A DNA stretch of 64,000 nt from Camelus dromedarius (lineage: Eukaryota). The stretch's first letter is position 1, and the number at the start of each line of letters is the position of its first letter. The notes beneath the pieces are model-generated. The model was not told where the DNA came from and made no database searches. It saw only the letters and a list, made by a program, of their open reading frames with translations. Location: NCBI RefSeq assembly GCF_036321535.1, contig NC_087436.1, positions 88,414,001 to 88,478,000 on the forward strand, read 5' to 3'. The translations under genes were made by a program, and so were the position numbers. Shown here piece by piece: positions 40,791-53,394 of the stretch.

Positions 40791-40952
40791 ACTGAGTTAT
40801 ATGAGTTCCTTGTATACTTTGAATATTAACCCCTTGTCAGATAGGTGATTTACAGTGATTTTCTCCCCTTCTGTAGACTGCCTTTTCAATTTGTGGATGG
40901 TTTCCTTTGCTGAGCAGAAGTTTTTTTATTTGATGTAGTCCCACTTGTTTAC
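39640..40952 (-). mobile_element. L1MA-type 5'-truncated element
   Basis: 3' UTR plus ORF2 C-terminal remnants (ORFs 40080..40298 and 40163..40369 on the minus strand). Confidence 0.88.
40228..40276 (+). repeat. (TG)n microsatellite
   Basis: About 24 perfect units. Confidence 0.95.
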
Positions 40953-41189
40953 AAAGCATGAAACATGGTCCTCCTAATCCCTATGGCTTTTACAGTCAAT
41001 TTAGGAAGGCAGAAGGACAAACCAGCTTGCATTTTAAAATTCTGTTCTAAAATAGTAATACAAGCAACGTGCCCCACAGTGAGAGAGTCAGAGTGAGCTT
41101 CTTGTTATGGTTTCATTTTTATTTTTCCTTTAAAGTGTCAATCATTGGTGGATGGAATTTTGACCTATTTTTGTTGTTGTCATTTTCAG

Positions 41190-41236
41190 GTATAAGAAAA
41201 GCACTACCTCGAACACCAGCACCAGAAATAAAGAAG
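41190..41236 (+). CDS. TEC: TEC exon 6 (proline-rich region, part 1), 47 nt: (S)IRKALPRTPAPEIKK
   Basis: ttttcag acceptor, AAG|gtaaag donor; phase 1/0 bridges exons 5 and 7. Confidence 0.93.
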
Positions 41237-41549
41237 GTAAAGTGGTTTTTAACCTTTGGAAGCATTTGCAGTTTATCAAGTATGTTTATATTATTCATGT
41301 AATGCTCCCCACTGCAAGGATCATATCAGAAATGGATATACTGTGGCTTAGTGGATTTTTTCTTTGTGTCAAGCTTTATCATTTAATTGGATTATATATC
41401 ATTGGGGACCCTCTTTATCATCTTGCATTTTGCCAAATTTTGGCTTCAAGAATTACACAGGAAGTGTGGGTCTTTAAAGGAATATTTCAGTCTTAGGACC
41501 ACAGTATTGTGACAAAGGAGTGACTTCAGTGATTAAATGATATGCCTTG

Positions 41550-41762
41550 GAAGAGTGGAGTATGGTAGAAAATGCATATACTCTGGACCCAGACAGGACT
41601 TGATCCAATGTGAATCTGATATGGTGGGTTACTTAAGCCATTGTTTCCTCAGTTGTAAGATGGGAATTATATACCCTACTTCATGGGCTCAGTATTAAGA
41701 ATAAATGACAAAAAGTGTGCTAGGTACTATGAGTGTGCCTTGCACATAGTAGGCACAAAGAA
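41550..41762 (+). mobile_element. MIR SINE
   Basis: 'gtttcctcagttgtaagatgggaattatataccctacttcatggg', 'gtgccttgcacatagtaggc'. Confidence 0.75.
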
Positions 41763-42139
41763 GTGCAGATTCCTTGGAGTGGGAGGAGGCCTGATGAGAG
41801 ACTACTCTGTAGTGCACTTTCCCGCTGCAGACTATTAAATGGTGGGTCTGCCTTTAGTCCTCCTGGTTTCTACTCGCGTTACCCTTGCATCTCCCTGGAA
41901 GCTAGCCCTGATACTGAGCAGATGCCTTTTGGTGTTTAAAGACAGCTTTTGCTCTTGTCCTATATTCTGAAACCCGTGAGAGGTCCAGTAGCATTGTCAT
42001 CACCAAACTCATGGGAGTGCTCACCAGATTGCCTCAGGTAGACTGTATTCTGTGGTGATGTGTGCATCGTTTAGTGTTGAACTTCACACCCAGTTTCAAA
42101 CAGAAGACTAAACTTTTACACGTCATCTCTTTTTCTCAG

Positions 42140-42312
42140 CGAAGGCCTCCCCCACCAATTCCGCCTGAAGAAGATAATAGTGAAGAAATAGTTGTAGCCA
42201 TGTATGATTTTCAAGCAACAGAACCTCACGATCTCAGATTAGAGAGAGGTCAGGAGTATATCATATTAGAAAAGAATGATGTTCATTGGTGGAAAGCAAG
42301 AGATAAATACGG
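42140..42312 (+). CDS. TEC: TEC exon 7 (PRR part 2 and SH3 N-terminal part), 173 nt: [57 protein letters not shown]
   Basis: ttctcag acceptor, GG|gtacgt donor; SH3 AMYDF and WW motifs. Confidence 0.97.
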
Positions 42313-42653
42313 GTACGTATTCCCTCTCTGTGGACGATACACAGTGGGTGGCTGGGAGTTAAATACTGAGTTGAGAAGAGGATAATCTAACTATCATGTA
42401 ATGAGACTAGTTCAGCAGCTATAAAATGAAGTGCACATTACTTTGCAGTAACACAATGTATTCTTAGTAGTGACTCAATAAATGTAAATGGATTAAACAC
42501 TTCTTTCCAGAAATTACAATCCATTTTATGTTTTTTTTTCTCATCCATTGTATGTTTAACTGGATTGTTTTGATCTTGGGGGAAATTACATTTTAGGTTC
42601 CCATCCCCCCACCCCAGGTAAATAAGTAATCTTAGATTTGTCCAAGAGAGAGG

Positions 42654-42655
<2 letters not shown>

Positions 42656-42703
<48 letters not shown>
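42656..42703 (+). repeat. (GT)n microsatellite
   Basis: About 24 perfect units in intron 7. Confidence 0.95.
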
Positions 42704-42704
<1 letters not shown>

Positions 42705-45189
42705 TAGTCTAAAATACATACATTCAGTAAATTTAAAAATGAGAATTATTTATACATACTAATTGAGGATTTAAAGGGAACAGTCCTTTCAACCTTTTTA
42801 TTGGTACATAATGGGTAAATGTGGATAAACATAGGGGATGAGTATCTAAGGCTTCATTAAGAAAACTCTATCCCATGCTTACCTCTGACATATGATCCTG
42901 TTTATATTTTAAGTTCCTGTGAATAAGAAGAGGAGGACTCTTTGTCCTGTTCAGAGCACACCCTCCCTGCTAGTCTTCTTTCTCACCTCCTGCCCCACCC
43001 CCAGCTCCAGTTCTGTGTTCCTCTGGTCAGTTCTGGAGAAGCAATGGAAGCCTCTGCGTCAGGCAGGGTCTGTGTCTTCTGCTCACTTCTCAGCAGTGGT
43101 GGATCTGCTGAGTGCTTGTTTGCTGTGCAGTATTACCTTTTGGGGACCCTTTTAATCTATGTTTACAAGAAGGTCATCACTGTTTTTTTTTGTTTGTTTG
43201 TTTTGTTTTTGTTTTTTTTTTGCCCAACACTGTAGAAGATTGATTTTAACTTTTTATTACAGTAATTTTCAAATGTCCATGAAAGTACACAGCAGTATAA
43301 TAGAGTCTCTTGTCACTTGACTTTAGAAATTACCCACATTTTCCAGCCTTGATTTATCCAATCCTCCCAGTTTGTTTTTTCTAGAGTATTTAAAAGTAAA
43401 TTCAAATCATCATGCCATTTCACCTCCTAAGTCTAACTGCTAAAGATTTTTTAAAAAATAGCTGTTGTGTTAGTATCATGCTTAATGATAGTTAAAAAAA
43501 AAATTGTCTCTGACTTCCCCCCGATATTTTGGGACTAGAAGAAGAGTACAAATGAAAGCCTAGACATTGTATGTCTAAATATTTAGAAGTTATAAGTAAC
43601 AAATAACAAACCGATAAGTACAATTTCACCTCTAACTTGACAGACATACCTTGAAAACGACAAGGAAGACAAGATGTGAATTAGACTTCCTTGCCAGAAT
43701 GTGACAGGGCACAGAGGGCTGGCTTCCCGGGGTGCCTCCCTTCTCTCTCCTCTTCTGTCCAGGCTCCATCTCACATGCACCATGTGGCTCTCCTGGCCAC
43801 ACATCCAAGCTCTGTCCATGTTGCTTGCAAAAACCACCCCCCAGCTTGGCCACTCCTTGGACCTGGGCTGGAGGGGTGCACATGACCAGCATCATTTGCT
43901 TTTCAGTGGCTGAAACCCAGTGGAAAGGCCCAGGTAGGCCTTGGCAGTGGGCAGAGAATTCTGGGCTCCTAGTTACCTAGATGATGGTCCAGAAGAGGGT
44001 TGAGGGATCATGGGTTTCAGCAACTTGAAAGCACAACTTTAGAGCAGGGGCCACTCTGGCCTAGGTCTAAGGGTGGTACCAGCTATGTAATTCTAGTTAC
44101 CCCGATTAGCTCAAATACGTATCTTTAAAGTTTAATCAAGATTAAGGTCCACACATTGCATTTTGGCTGCTGTATCTCTTATGTACCTTTGTTATTCCAC
44201 AACAGTCCTCATCCTTTTTTTTTTAATTTATAGTTTTTGATTTATTGATGAAACCAGGTCATTTACTCTATGAAATGAGCCACAGTCTAGATTAAGCTAC
44301 TTGTGTGGAAGCACATGGTGTCATTTAATATGGCACTGTGTCCCGTATTTCTCAAAAACTGTGATTTGCAGGCTTGATCACATTAGAAGCCAGCATCAGG
44401 TTGTCCTACTTCTAATGATGCCAGGATTGCTCAGTGGTTCCGGTGTCAACCTTATTCCTCCGTCATAAAGTTCTTCATCAGTGTTGCACCTAATGACCAT
44501 TCCTTAGATCCATTATTTCATTAGGGATAACAGAATGGTGAGTTTCTAACTGTGTCATTCCATCTGCATTTATTAATTCTCTAAAGAAGCCCCGCCTCAG
44601 GAAGCAGTTCATTTAGTTCACACAGGAAAGGCAAGATAAGTTTTGGATTCTTCCTCTTTACCACTTTTCAGAATCACAAGTTGATGACGGAGCTTCCTCT
44701 GTTGATAACATTGGTAACCAATCATGTTTTAAGTGTTGTTACAGTTTCAGTCTGTTGCAGTCATTATTCTTTTTGCCTGAATTGTCACATCTTAGGTCAG
44801 TGGTGGCCGTTTTTGATTGGGGAACCCCTTTAGTTTTTCTTTCTCAGCTTCCCTGTTTCCTGAATAAAATGAAATGGCTCAAGGTCACCCTGTAGTTTCC
44901 CGGCCAGACCCGCGATGTGCCGCTTCCCCAGGGAGTGCTGGCCCCTTTCAGCCGGGGTAGTATTTGAAGACAGCAGTCGGGGTGCTGGGCTTCTAGCTGC
45001 TGCTGGGTTGTCGTTGATTCTAGGCCTTTCTCAGGGCAGCAGAGCCACGTACGTGCACTTGTGTGTGTGTTATGAGTTCTTAGTAATAGTTCAGATTTAA
45101 TATTACAAGGCTTTTACTCAACTTAGAAATTTTATACATGTATCTCTTTTATGCTGAAAGTCTTCGCGCCAACCAAGATTCTACCTACT

Positions 45190-45377
45190 GAGATTGCTTC
45201 TTAAACTGTGATGTGCTTAGGAGTCACCTGGGGTGAAATACAAGATTCCTCGGCCCCCCACAGGCCTTCTCAGTTAGCTCCCTTGGGGTAGGACCCAGGA
45301 GATGACTTTTTGACAAGTGCCCCCGGTGACACTGCTGTAGAGGTCACGGGTCACCCGCCGTGAAACAACGCACTGCA
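45190..45377. mobile_element. MER5-like hAT-Charlie element
   Basis: 'cttcttaaact...gagtcacctgggg...tttgacaagtgcccccggtga...cactg'. Confidence 0.6.
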
Positions 45378-45847
45378 CAGACTAAGTATTGGAGTGATGG
45401 GTGTTTCTACCCAACGCTTCACCTTTTCTGAAGTAGTGGTTTCTTTAAAACATCCCAAGAAATTATGAATTCAAGAGAAGCATCATGGAATATTAGGGAG
45501 GACTCTGAACCTAGTCACAAGTTCAGAGTTCAGGTTCTGGCCCTGTTGCTGTCTGGCTTTGGGACTTTGAGAAAGTCCCTTAATCCTTTCTAAGTCCTGG
45601 TTTCCCCACCAGAAAGCGGTTACAGGAGTGCCTGCTACCTCAGGATTTTTGTGAGGATCAAATGAGGAACTCCTTTGAAAAGCATCAAATGCTATAGATC
45701 TGTTGGATTATTGGGAGTCACCTAGACTTCCTTATAGACTTTAGTCAATATTATACTTTAATTATTTCAGAAAGGGAATAATTTTTCTTTTAATAATCTG
45801 TCAGTAAAATAATTTCAGTTTTTCTGAAGTATTTTTCTTATTTCTAG

Positions 45848-45913
45848 GAGGGAAGGATATATCCCAAGTAATTACGTAACAGGAAAGAAGTCAAACAACT
45901 TAGATCACTATGA
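45848..45913 (+). CDS. TEC: TEC exon 8 (SH3 C-terminal part), 66 nt: (G)REGYIPSNYVTGKKSNNLDHY(E)
   Basis: tttctag acceptor, GA|gtaagt donor; SH3 GYIPSNYV motif; symmetric phase 2/2. Confidence 0.96.
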
Positions 45914-46700
45914 GTAAGTAAAACGTTATTTTGTGGATGTGGAGATCCAGAAAGTGTTTTTATTTTCCTAATTATGTCAGGCATTTTGGAGATTAATGGT
46001 CATCTTCCATCGTCCTTAGAAGGTGGTACTAACTTACCCTTCACTCAATTGTCTAGAGAGGTTAAAAACATGGTGAGAGTTGGTTTCTATAATACTCTGT
46101 ACCTGAAGGTACTGTGTGTGAATGGAGTTACAGAAGCAAATACAGCTGAATGGATTTTAAACAGATCACAGCTTAGCCAACTTTAAATGTGGATGATTGT
46201 TTATTCATTTAAGAAATCAAAATACAGCTTCCCAGAGTGGCCTTTAAAAAAGGTTTAATTGCTTCTTCTTTCTAATTATAATGACAGCATGTGATTATTG
46301 TTTTAAAATTGTTTGAAAATATGAAAAATGTTAATAAGAAAAATTACTCATAAACCTACTAGAATTGACCTCTGTCAACAAGTTGATGTATTTTCTTTCA
46401 GTCTTTTTACTATTCAAAAAAACCAGAATCATGCTATATATACTGTTTTAGATCCTGTTTAATTTACTTGACAGCATATTATGAGTGGTGAGTATTTCCT
46501 CATGCCATTAAATATTCTTTGAAAACACTTTCATAACTGCATTATATTTCATTCAGTCGTAAATTCTTCGGATATCAACTGAGACTTTAGCATGTATCCG
46601 GCAGTGTGCTAGGCCATAGGGGGCACAATCAGACATCTGGTGCGTGGATGTGCAATAATTTATATAATCACTTCCTTATTTGTGTGGCACTATGTTGTTT

Positions 46701-46857
46701 TTAAAAAAAATATTTCTTTTAAATTTATTTGTTTATTATTTTTTTTTGGAGGGGTGAGGTAATTGGGTTTTTATTTGCTTATTTTTAATGGAGGTACTGA
46801 GGATTGAACCCAGGACCTTGTGCATGCTAGGCACACACTGGGCTATACCCTCCCCCC
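46701..46857 (-). mobile_element. Vic-1-type camelid tRNA-derived SINE
   Basis: Minus strand reads ggggggagggtatagcccagtg...agcatgcacaaggtcctgggttcaatcctcagtacctccattaaaaa; TSD gca(c/t)tatgttgttt. Confidence 0.85.
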
Positions 46858-47404
46858 TGCATTATGTTGTTTAAGCATCTTGGCTGTATAAAAATACTAG
46901 GATACCTTGTCCTGCTTACCGTCTTAAACTGGGTCTGTAAAAATCAATGTACTGGGATAAAGGCTAACATGAACTTCTTCAGACCCTAATGCATGCTGTC
47001 AAGTTACTTCTCAGAGAGAGCAATGGGCTACCATTTATATGCCTCCTAGCAGAGCATGGCCAGGTTTGAGTGAGAGGCTTATATATACCAAATACTCTTT
47101 TGTGGTCATTCTGAGGTGAGGCATTAATGCTTCATTCACTTCTTTAAAAACAACACCATTACCACCACTACCAACGCAAAGCTGTTTCCTCTGTCCATGT
47201 CACTTCCTGTCATGTGAGCCTCAGAGAAGGATGAAGAGATGCAAAAGTCATAGCACCAGTGGTGTGACCCCGCAAAGCTGTTTTAGAAGTAGGTGAGGGT
47301 ATAAAACCCATAAATAAAACAGTATTTCTGTTCTTAAATAAGTTTCAAGAAGATACAACTATGGAAAACTGTATGGAGATTCCTTAAATAACTACAAACA
47401 GAGT

Positions 47405-47488
47405 GGAGAGGGCATAGCTCAGTGGTAGACTGTGTGCTTAGCGTGCCTGAGGTCCTGGGCTCAGTCGCCAGTAACTCAGTTAAAAAAA
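47405..47488 (+). mobile_element. Vic-1-type SINE preceded by a ~45-bp L1 ORF2 fragment
   Basis: ggagagggcatagctcagtggtaga (A box) ... gaggtcctgggctcagtcgccagta (degenerate B box), A tail. Confidence 0.8.
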
Positions 47489-50400
47489 TTTTTTTTTAGA
47501 AAACTATAGCAAATCCTCAGAATTAGGGAAGACGCTGAAAGATGAAAACTTGGGACTGAGAGCTAACTGGTAATTTGAGGAGGGAGTGTGCTCGAAAACC
47601 AAATAATCCTTATTTAAGTGTGAGAATTCCCCTTATGACTCATGGGATTACAGATTAGGGTTTTGGGAAGTTTCTGATTCATTGCCATGCATGTTTTATG
47701 TGCACGACTCTAGCTCTGTGTGGCTAAGTGAATGTGCTGTGAGAGTTCCCTCAGTCATCTTCCCAGGGGTGGGGATTCCATGTGGCATTGAGCCAGGCCT
47801 GGCCAGATGAGAAAGGAAAAAACCTGTTCTCCGTGTTCACAGAGTCCACGTCTTCTCCTGCTGTCTTCCCACTCCGTGGTTTGTGTTGGCTTTTGTTGAA
47901 GTTCATCTTCTAACATGTCTTAAATGTCACCAGGGTTAAAAAGGCTTTTGCCAGCTGCTGAATCCAGAGCCCTTCTCCTGTTCATTTGGGCCTAGGAGGA
48001 GCCCCAGGCACTGACTGTCCCCTGGGGCAGGACTCAGGGCTGCTGGCCTGTCGCTCCTAGGGCTGTAGGAAAGCTAGTTCTGACCTCCGCACCCAGGTCC
48101 CAGTTTGGGGAGGAGAGGACCAGAGGAAGTGCTGCAGGAAAGAAAGTGGGCGCATCGTGGTAGTCAGCAAGAGGTTCTGATGGAAACATGGTAAAGGAGG
48201 CAGGTGATGGGAGGGAAAGGGCCCTTAGAACAGGGAAAGTCCAGGATCAGGCTTGGAGTGGGTGATCAGGGGACAAGGGCCAGACTGAGAACCGACAAAA
48301 GACTTACAGCTTGTTGGTTGGTTTTCTATTGTTCATTCTTTTATACCTATTTCTTCTTTTTATGGTTTACCCAACCCAGCCTCCCTAGAAGCCTGGCCCA
48401 GATCCATCCTTTCCAGAAAGGACTAAGGGTCCCCAAATCTCCCTCTTCCCTCTCTTCAGACACACTGTGAAGCCCTGTTCCTTCAAGTGTTTGCAGAGAC
48501 AGCCAATCTGATAACCCCCTTCACAGTAGGGTTTTGATATCTAAGAAAAGAATGACAAGTTACTTACGAGTCCTAGGCAGTCTATCTGGAGGCCTGTCGT
48601 TCCTTCCTCAAAAGGCGCTAACTAGCCTCCAACAGGTGTTTCTGTGATGCGCCCGTGAGAGACGCACGCGGGCTGGCATCTGGGTGGCAGCTCCCCTCTG
48701 CCCACCACATGGGCTCCTTCCCGTTCTGCCTGGGGGTGTGGTTCTTCCCAACGAGACGACTCAGCAGAGCCGCTCTTGTCTTTCCCCGAATGCCTGGCAG
48801 TGGGTGTCTTAGAAGAGGGAGAGGGGCTGCGCAGAACCATTAGGACGTACGCACCACGCGTTTATTCGTCTCTCGATTTGTTCATCACGCCTTCCTGCTT
48901 TCCTTCCGTCAACAGACCCTTTAGGGTCTGAGTGTATATCCTGTGGAGGAAAAGCATCGGGGAACCTACAAATACCATAAAAAGGACCCATCGGAGCAGA
49001 GGTTCTTTTCACAGAGCCTGCCCTTTGTGCCGTAGGTTCCTTTTCTTGTTTCCTTCACCCCTTCCCAGGAGCTTGAATACAGCAGAGATGAGGGAAGGAC
49101 CTCTTTTTACTTCTGGGTGTCTTATATCTGATTTCCTCTTGAAAGCCACAATTTAGGTCACTGATTTCTTGCGTCTGAATATGGGACGAAACCTCCAATG
49201 CTTACCCTCGCTGTGAGCGTGTGGAGTTGGCACTCCTGTAATTAATACTGAGAACTTTTTTTTCAATCTTTCAGGCCCTGCTGGTTCATAATACATAATG
49301 AGGGCTCCAGTTGCCTTTCTTTAATTAATTTTTATGACTGTTTTGGTGTCCTGACAAATACTTCTTGTATCAACAGAAATGTTTTTGGGACAGAATCCAC
49401 TCTGTTCTCCTCACTTGTCACATTTCTCAATTGCATTCAGAAATTGATCAGAACTGCAGTTTTGTTGAATTTGGTCTCAGTGCAGAAAGTGGGGTCCACA
49501 GCGATGACATTTCGATACTCACAATTTTGAGGCCTGGTGAATCACTTCAGGCTCCAAATAAAATAATAGTTGTCGGTTTGGATTGAGTTTGGGCCACTAC
49601 AATTGCATAAAAGAATCCAGGCCAAAAAATAACTTGTATTTTGTTCTTTGTATTTTTGCCTTCCTCGATCAGGGAAGGCCTTTATGTTCCCTTGTCTCAG
49701 GGTGTTTGCTGGGCCCAAAGCAGGTGCTGGTTCTTTCATAAAAGGCTGAAACAGTGCTGGAAAATTCATATGTTTAGAGGGGCCAGCTGGTTTCATAAAG
49801 GCTTCATTGGAAGCCTCAGGAATTATGACTGTGGTGGAGGGTTCTCTGTCCGCTAAAGGCCATCGAAAGCAAACAAACAAAACAACTGGGTCCAAGTTCA
49901 AAGCTGAAGGCCAAAGGAAACAGTCTGAGTTCATGTTCTTTGGCCTGCTGGCTTATAACCCATGGAGAGAGTATGCTCTGGGAAGCAGGGAGAGGGCAGA
50001 GCCTCTGAGGTGGGAGAGGGCAGCATCTCTCTCCCTGGGAAAGATTTCCCAAGGGTTAAGAAGGGACACCATATGCAGGGGCTTGGGGTGGTGGCACATA
50101 GTGGTGGCAGGACCTGGTGGAGGACAGGTACCACTGCTTGGTCCTGGTGGGATTCCCACAGTAGAGTTTTGGATGACTGCTGGGGGTGGGGGTTAGGGCT
50201 GTGTTAGAACCAGTAAGTCTGGAAGACGCAGGAAGTCAGCTCTTCTGTTTTGCTTCTGTTTCTTTCGACACTTGAGACCTTTGTGAAATTCAGTGGGGGG
50301 GCCTTAGTAACGATGTGATACGGAATCTCCTGCCTGTTGGTGGGGTGGGGGCTTGGGATTAGATTTAATTTGAATGAAAGACAATAATATAAAATAACAC

Positions 50401-50849
50401 TTCCTGCGTATTTGAGTCTATGGAGTAAAATTCATTCTTGCTGTTACGGTAATACGATTTTTGTGTTAAATAATAAAGAATTGCTTAAATAAATTGTGGC
50501 ACATCCAGACCATGATGCACAGAACTATATTGCTTTGCCAAGATGTCTGTCATATACTGTTACATGAAAAATTCAGGTTCTGATCTAGCCAGTATAGTTT
50601 GATTCCACTTTAACAAAAAAGTAAGAATGTTGGTGTGTATGTGTCTTCATAAAAATATGGATGGAAAACGTCCGCAAGTGTGGACATCCAAATGCTACTA
50701 GTGGTGGTTTATGTCACTGAGATTATGAATGATGTCTTATCCTTACTTACCGTGTTTGTTTTTGATGAGCAGTATTACCTGGCTAATTCCAAAAAGAGTA
50801 AAGAATAATTTTTAAAACCCAAGGCCTTACACATATCTTTTCTCTTCAG

Positions 50850-50904
50850 GTGGTACTGCAGAAATACGAACAGAAGCAAAGCAGAGCAACTCCTCAGAAG
50901 TGAA
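50850..50904 (+). CDS. TEC: TEC exon 9 (SH2 start), 55 nt: WYCRNTNRSKAEQLLRSE
   Basis: cttcag acceptor, GAA|gtgagt donor; SH2 WY motif and alpha-A helix. Confidence 0.96.
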
Positions 50905-51063
50905 GTGAGTGTCTGTACTTGTTTTGTGGGTTTGGTTTCAGCGCAGATTAATTGTAACGCATCCCGGATTAGTAATTCCACATACCTCTGTTTCTAAAGC
51001 CTAAAAAATATTATAAGTACAGGGTTTGGGGTTTTTAAAAATCATTTAAAAGTGAAGACTGGT

Positions 51064-51380
51064 GTACTAGTTTCCTGGGGCTGCTGTGACAAAGTCCTGT
51101 AAACCGAGCCGTTTAAACAACAGAAATTTATTGTGTCACAGATCTAGAGGTTAGATGTCTGAAGTCTAGATGGCAGTGGACTTCTCTCCTTCTGGGGGCG
51201 GTGAGGGGAGGATCCTGTCTTCCCTGTGTTTCTTCCTTCTACGCACGTCTGGCCATGTGTCCAAATTTCCCTTTTATAAGGACTCCAGTCATAATGGACT
51301 AGGGCCCACTCTGTGACTTCTTTTTCACTGGGGTTAGGGCCCCAGCATATCTTTTTTGAGGGGGAAGCAAACCCATAACG
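51064..51380 (-). mobile_element. MLT1 (MaLR) solo LTR
   Basis: 'tgtactagtttcctggggctgctgtgacaaag...aaacaacagaaatttattg...acccataac'. Confidence 0.8.
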
Positions 51381-53083
51381 GTAATAGCTGTACATGGGTA
51401 ACATTTTCTTTACTCTCCTTCTTACTGATTTATCATTTGCAGCCTTGATTTTAGTACGTAAATGTGTCTTTCCTTTTTGCTTGAAGTTGTTTTAAAATAA
51501 TTTACACCAATATTCCATGCTATCTTTTATAAATGAAGTTTTAACAGAATATGTAGTTGCCTTTAGGAGGAAATGTGCTAAAATTGTTATACTTTAGAAA
51601 GAAACAAAATCAAAGGAAGAAATCTAGTGTAGAGGTAACTTCGTGGACTGGGTGAGGAGACCCACCTGAGTGTAGCCCTGACTTCTCTAGCCTGCTCTCC
51701 ACATCTGTGAGACAAGGAGTTTGGATTAGAAGACGTGTACAGTTCCCTGCATTTGTGATCTAGCTCTTCTGTTTAGTTCCCGGTCTTTTAAACCCATGCT
51801 CACTCTGTGAATCTCCTGCTTGTTACCCCGAGTCGAGGTTGGGCACTTATTTCTGTAGTTCATGTTAAGAGAGCTGTAGCAGGTAACTTTGCTTGATTTG
51901 AATGACATGGTCCCCCCTTCTCCCCCCAACACACGTGCCTCCCTGGTGACTGCACAATGAGAGGCAGCTCCAGGGGAATGGGTAGCTGGAAGGCCTGGGG
52001 TCCAAATCCTGGCTCTGCTACTTGCTAGCGTTTGACCTGGGGCAAATTCCCAACCTTTCTGTGTCCTATTTCCTTATGTGTAATGTAAAGCGGGGATGAC
52101 ACTAGTACTGACCTCATAGGACAGTTTTGAGGGTTGAGTAAATCCCACACATTAGAACATAATAAAACGGATTCAGTTTCAATAAATCTGTGTAGCTGTT
52201 ATATTTTTTTCTGATCAGTTAACTGTTATGATCATTGTCCCTCATTGTTCTTAACAGATTTATTTGTGGGGCTTTATTCGATCCCATTGTCTTCGCCAGG
52301 AATAAGAAGGAAGCTTATTTTCGTCTGTTAAGCACGCTTTCATTTTAAAGCAATTTCAGTGCTAGAGATTGATTGTGTGGTGTTGATGGAGAGGCACTTG
52401 AGGTTCCTAGCCCCTGTTTCTTGCTCGTTGGCTTGCAGCCCAATGAAGATTTATCTTTTGGTCATTCAGTGTTGCTGCTGCTGTCTTTCGGTCTTCTCTG
52501 CTGAAGTTGCTGTGCCTCCATCTCTCCTTTTGTAAAGAGTGGTATTTAACATTGATTTCCAGGGAATTAAGGATTTTTTTTTGACGTTCTTGTAAAGAGC
52601 ACTGAGGTATTTACAGAAAGAAAGCTATATGGATGGAAGATGCTATCGAGTCAGGATTCAGAGCCTACAGCAAATATGAAAAATGTATGAAATGAAACCC
52701 AGCCATTAAGAAATACATTTTTTCAGTAACTATTTCCCCTCATGTCGAGGACTTAAAGGAACTGCAAAATCTTGTCTGTTAGTTCTGGAAGGGCCTTGAG
52801 AGATTATCTTGTTGAAATGTCTCACATGAGTGTTTGTGGTGGTGGGGAACTACGAGTGTGCTACCTTTAACCAATCTCATGCCCAGTAATGTGAAGGGAA
52901 AGTCGTGTTGATGGGAGAAAGTCCCATGGATGACTTACCTATTGGTAAGGTGTGCTTCTCCAAAGCAGATTTTCTGGGCAAAGGATTATAATCATAAAAT
53001 CATAAGAGTGGGTTCTTGAATCTTCTCCATGGCGTTGATATTTGCTATTGGACTGAAAATTTTTTTCTTAACTTGGATTTTAG

Positions 53084-53163
53084 GATAAAGAAGGTGGCTT
53101 TATGGTAAGGGATTCCAGTCATCCAGGCATGTACACAGTCTCCCTTTATACAAAGTTTGGAGG
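53084..53163 (+). CDS. TEC: TEC exon 10 (SH2), 80 nt: DKEGGFMVRDSSHPGMYTVSLYTKFG(G)
   Basis: ttttag acceptor, GG|gtaagt donor; FMVRDS is the FLVRES-equivalent phosphotyrosine pocket. Confidence 0.97.
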
Positions 53164-53394
53164 GTAAGTAAACCCACTCTCTCGCTCCTTTTTTTTTTTT
53201 TAAATTCAGAGTTTTTGTATGAAGTTCCTATATAGTTTGTATGGATTCCTAATTTTCAAACAATAAGCTGCATTTCAGCATTAAAAAATAAAATCTGAAC
53301 TTGATTTCTAAAGTCTATGACATTTTTATATTCATCTCTAGTAGTTTTCCACGTTGTTTTCCATATATATTTGTTCAGAATAGCGGTAGGAACT

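Noticed and set aside
47405..47480. tRNA-like sequence
   Set aside because: SINE head with degenerate B box and A tail; no intact cloverleaf
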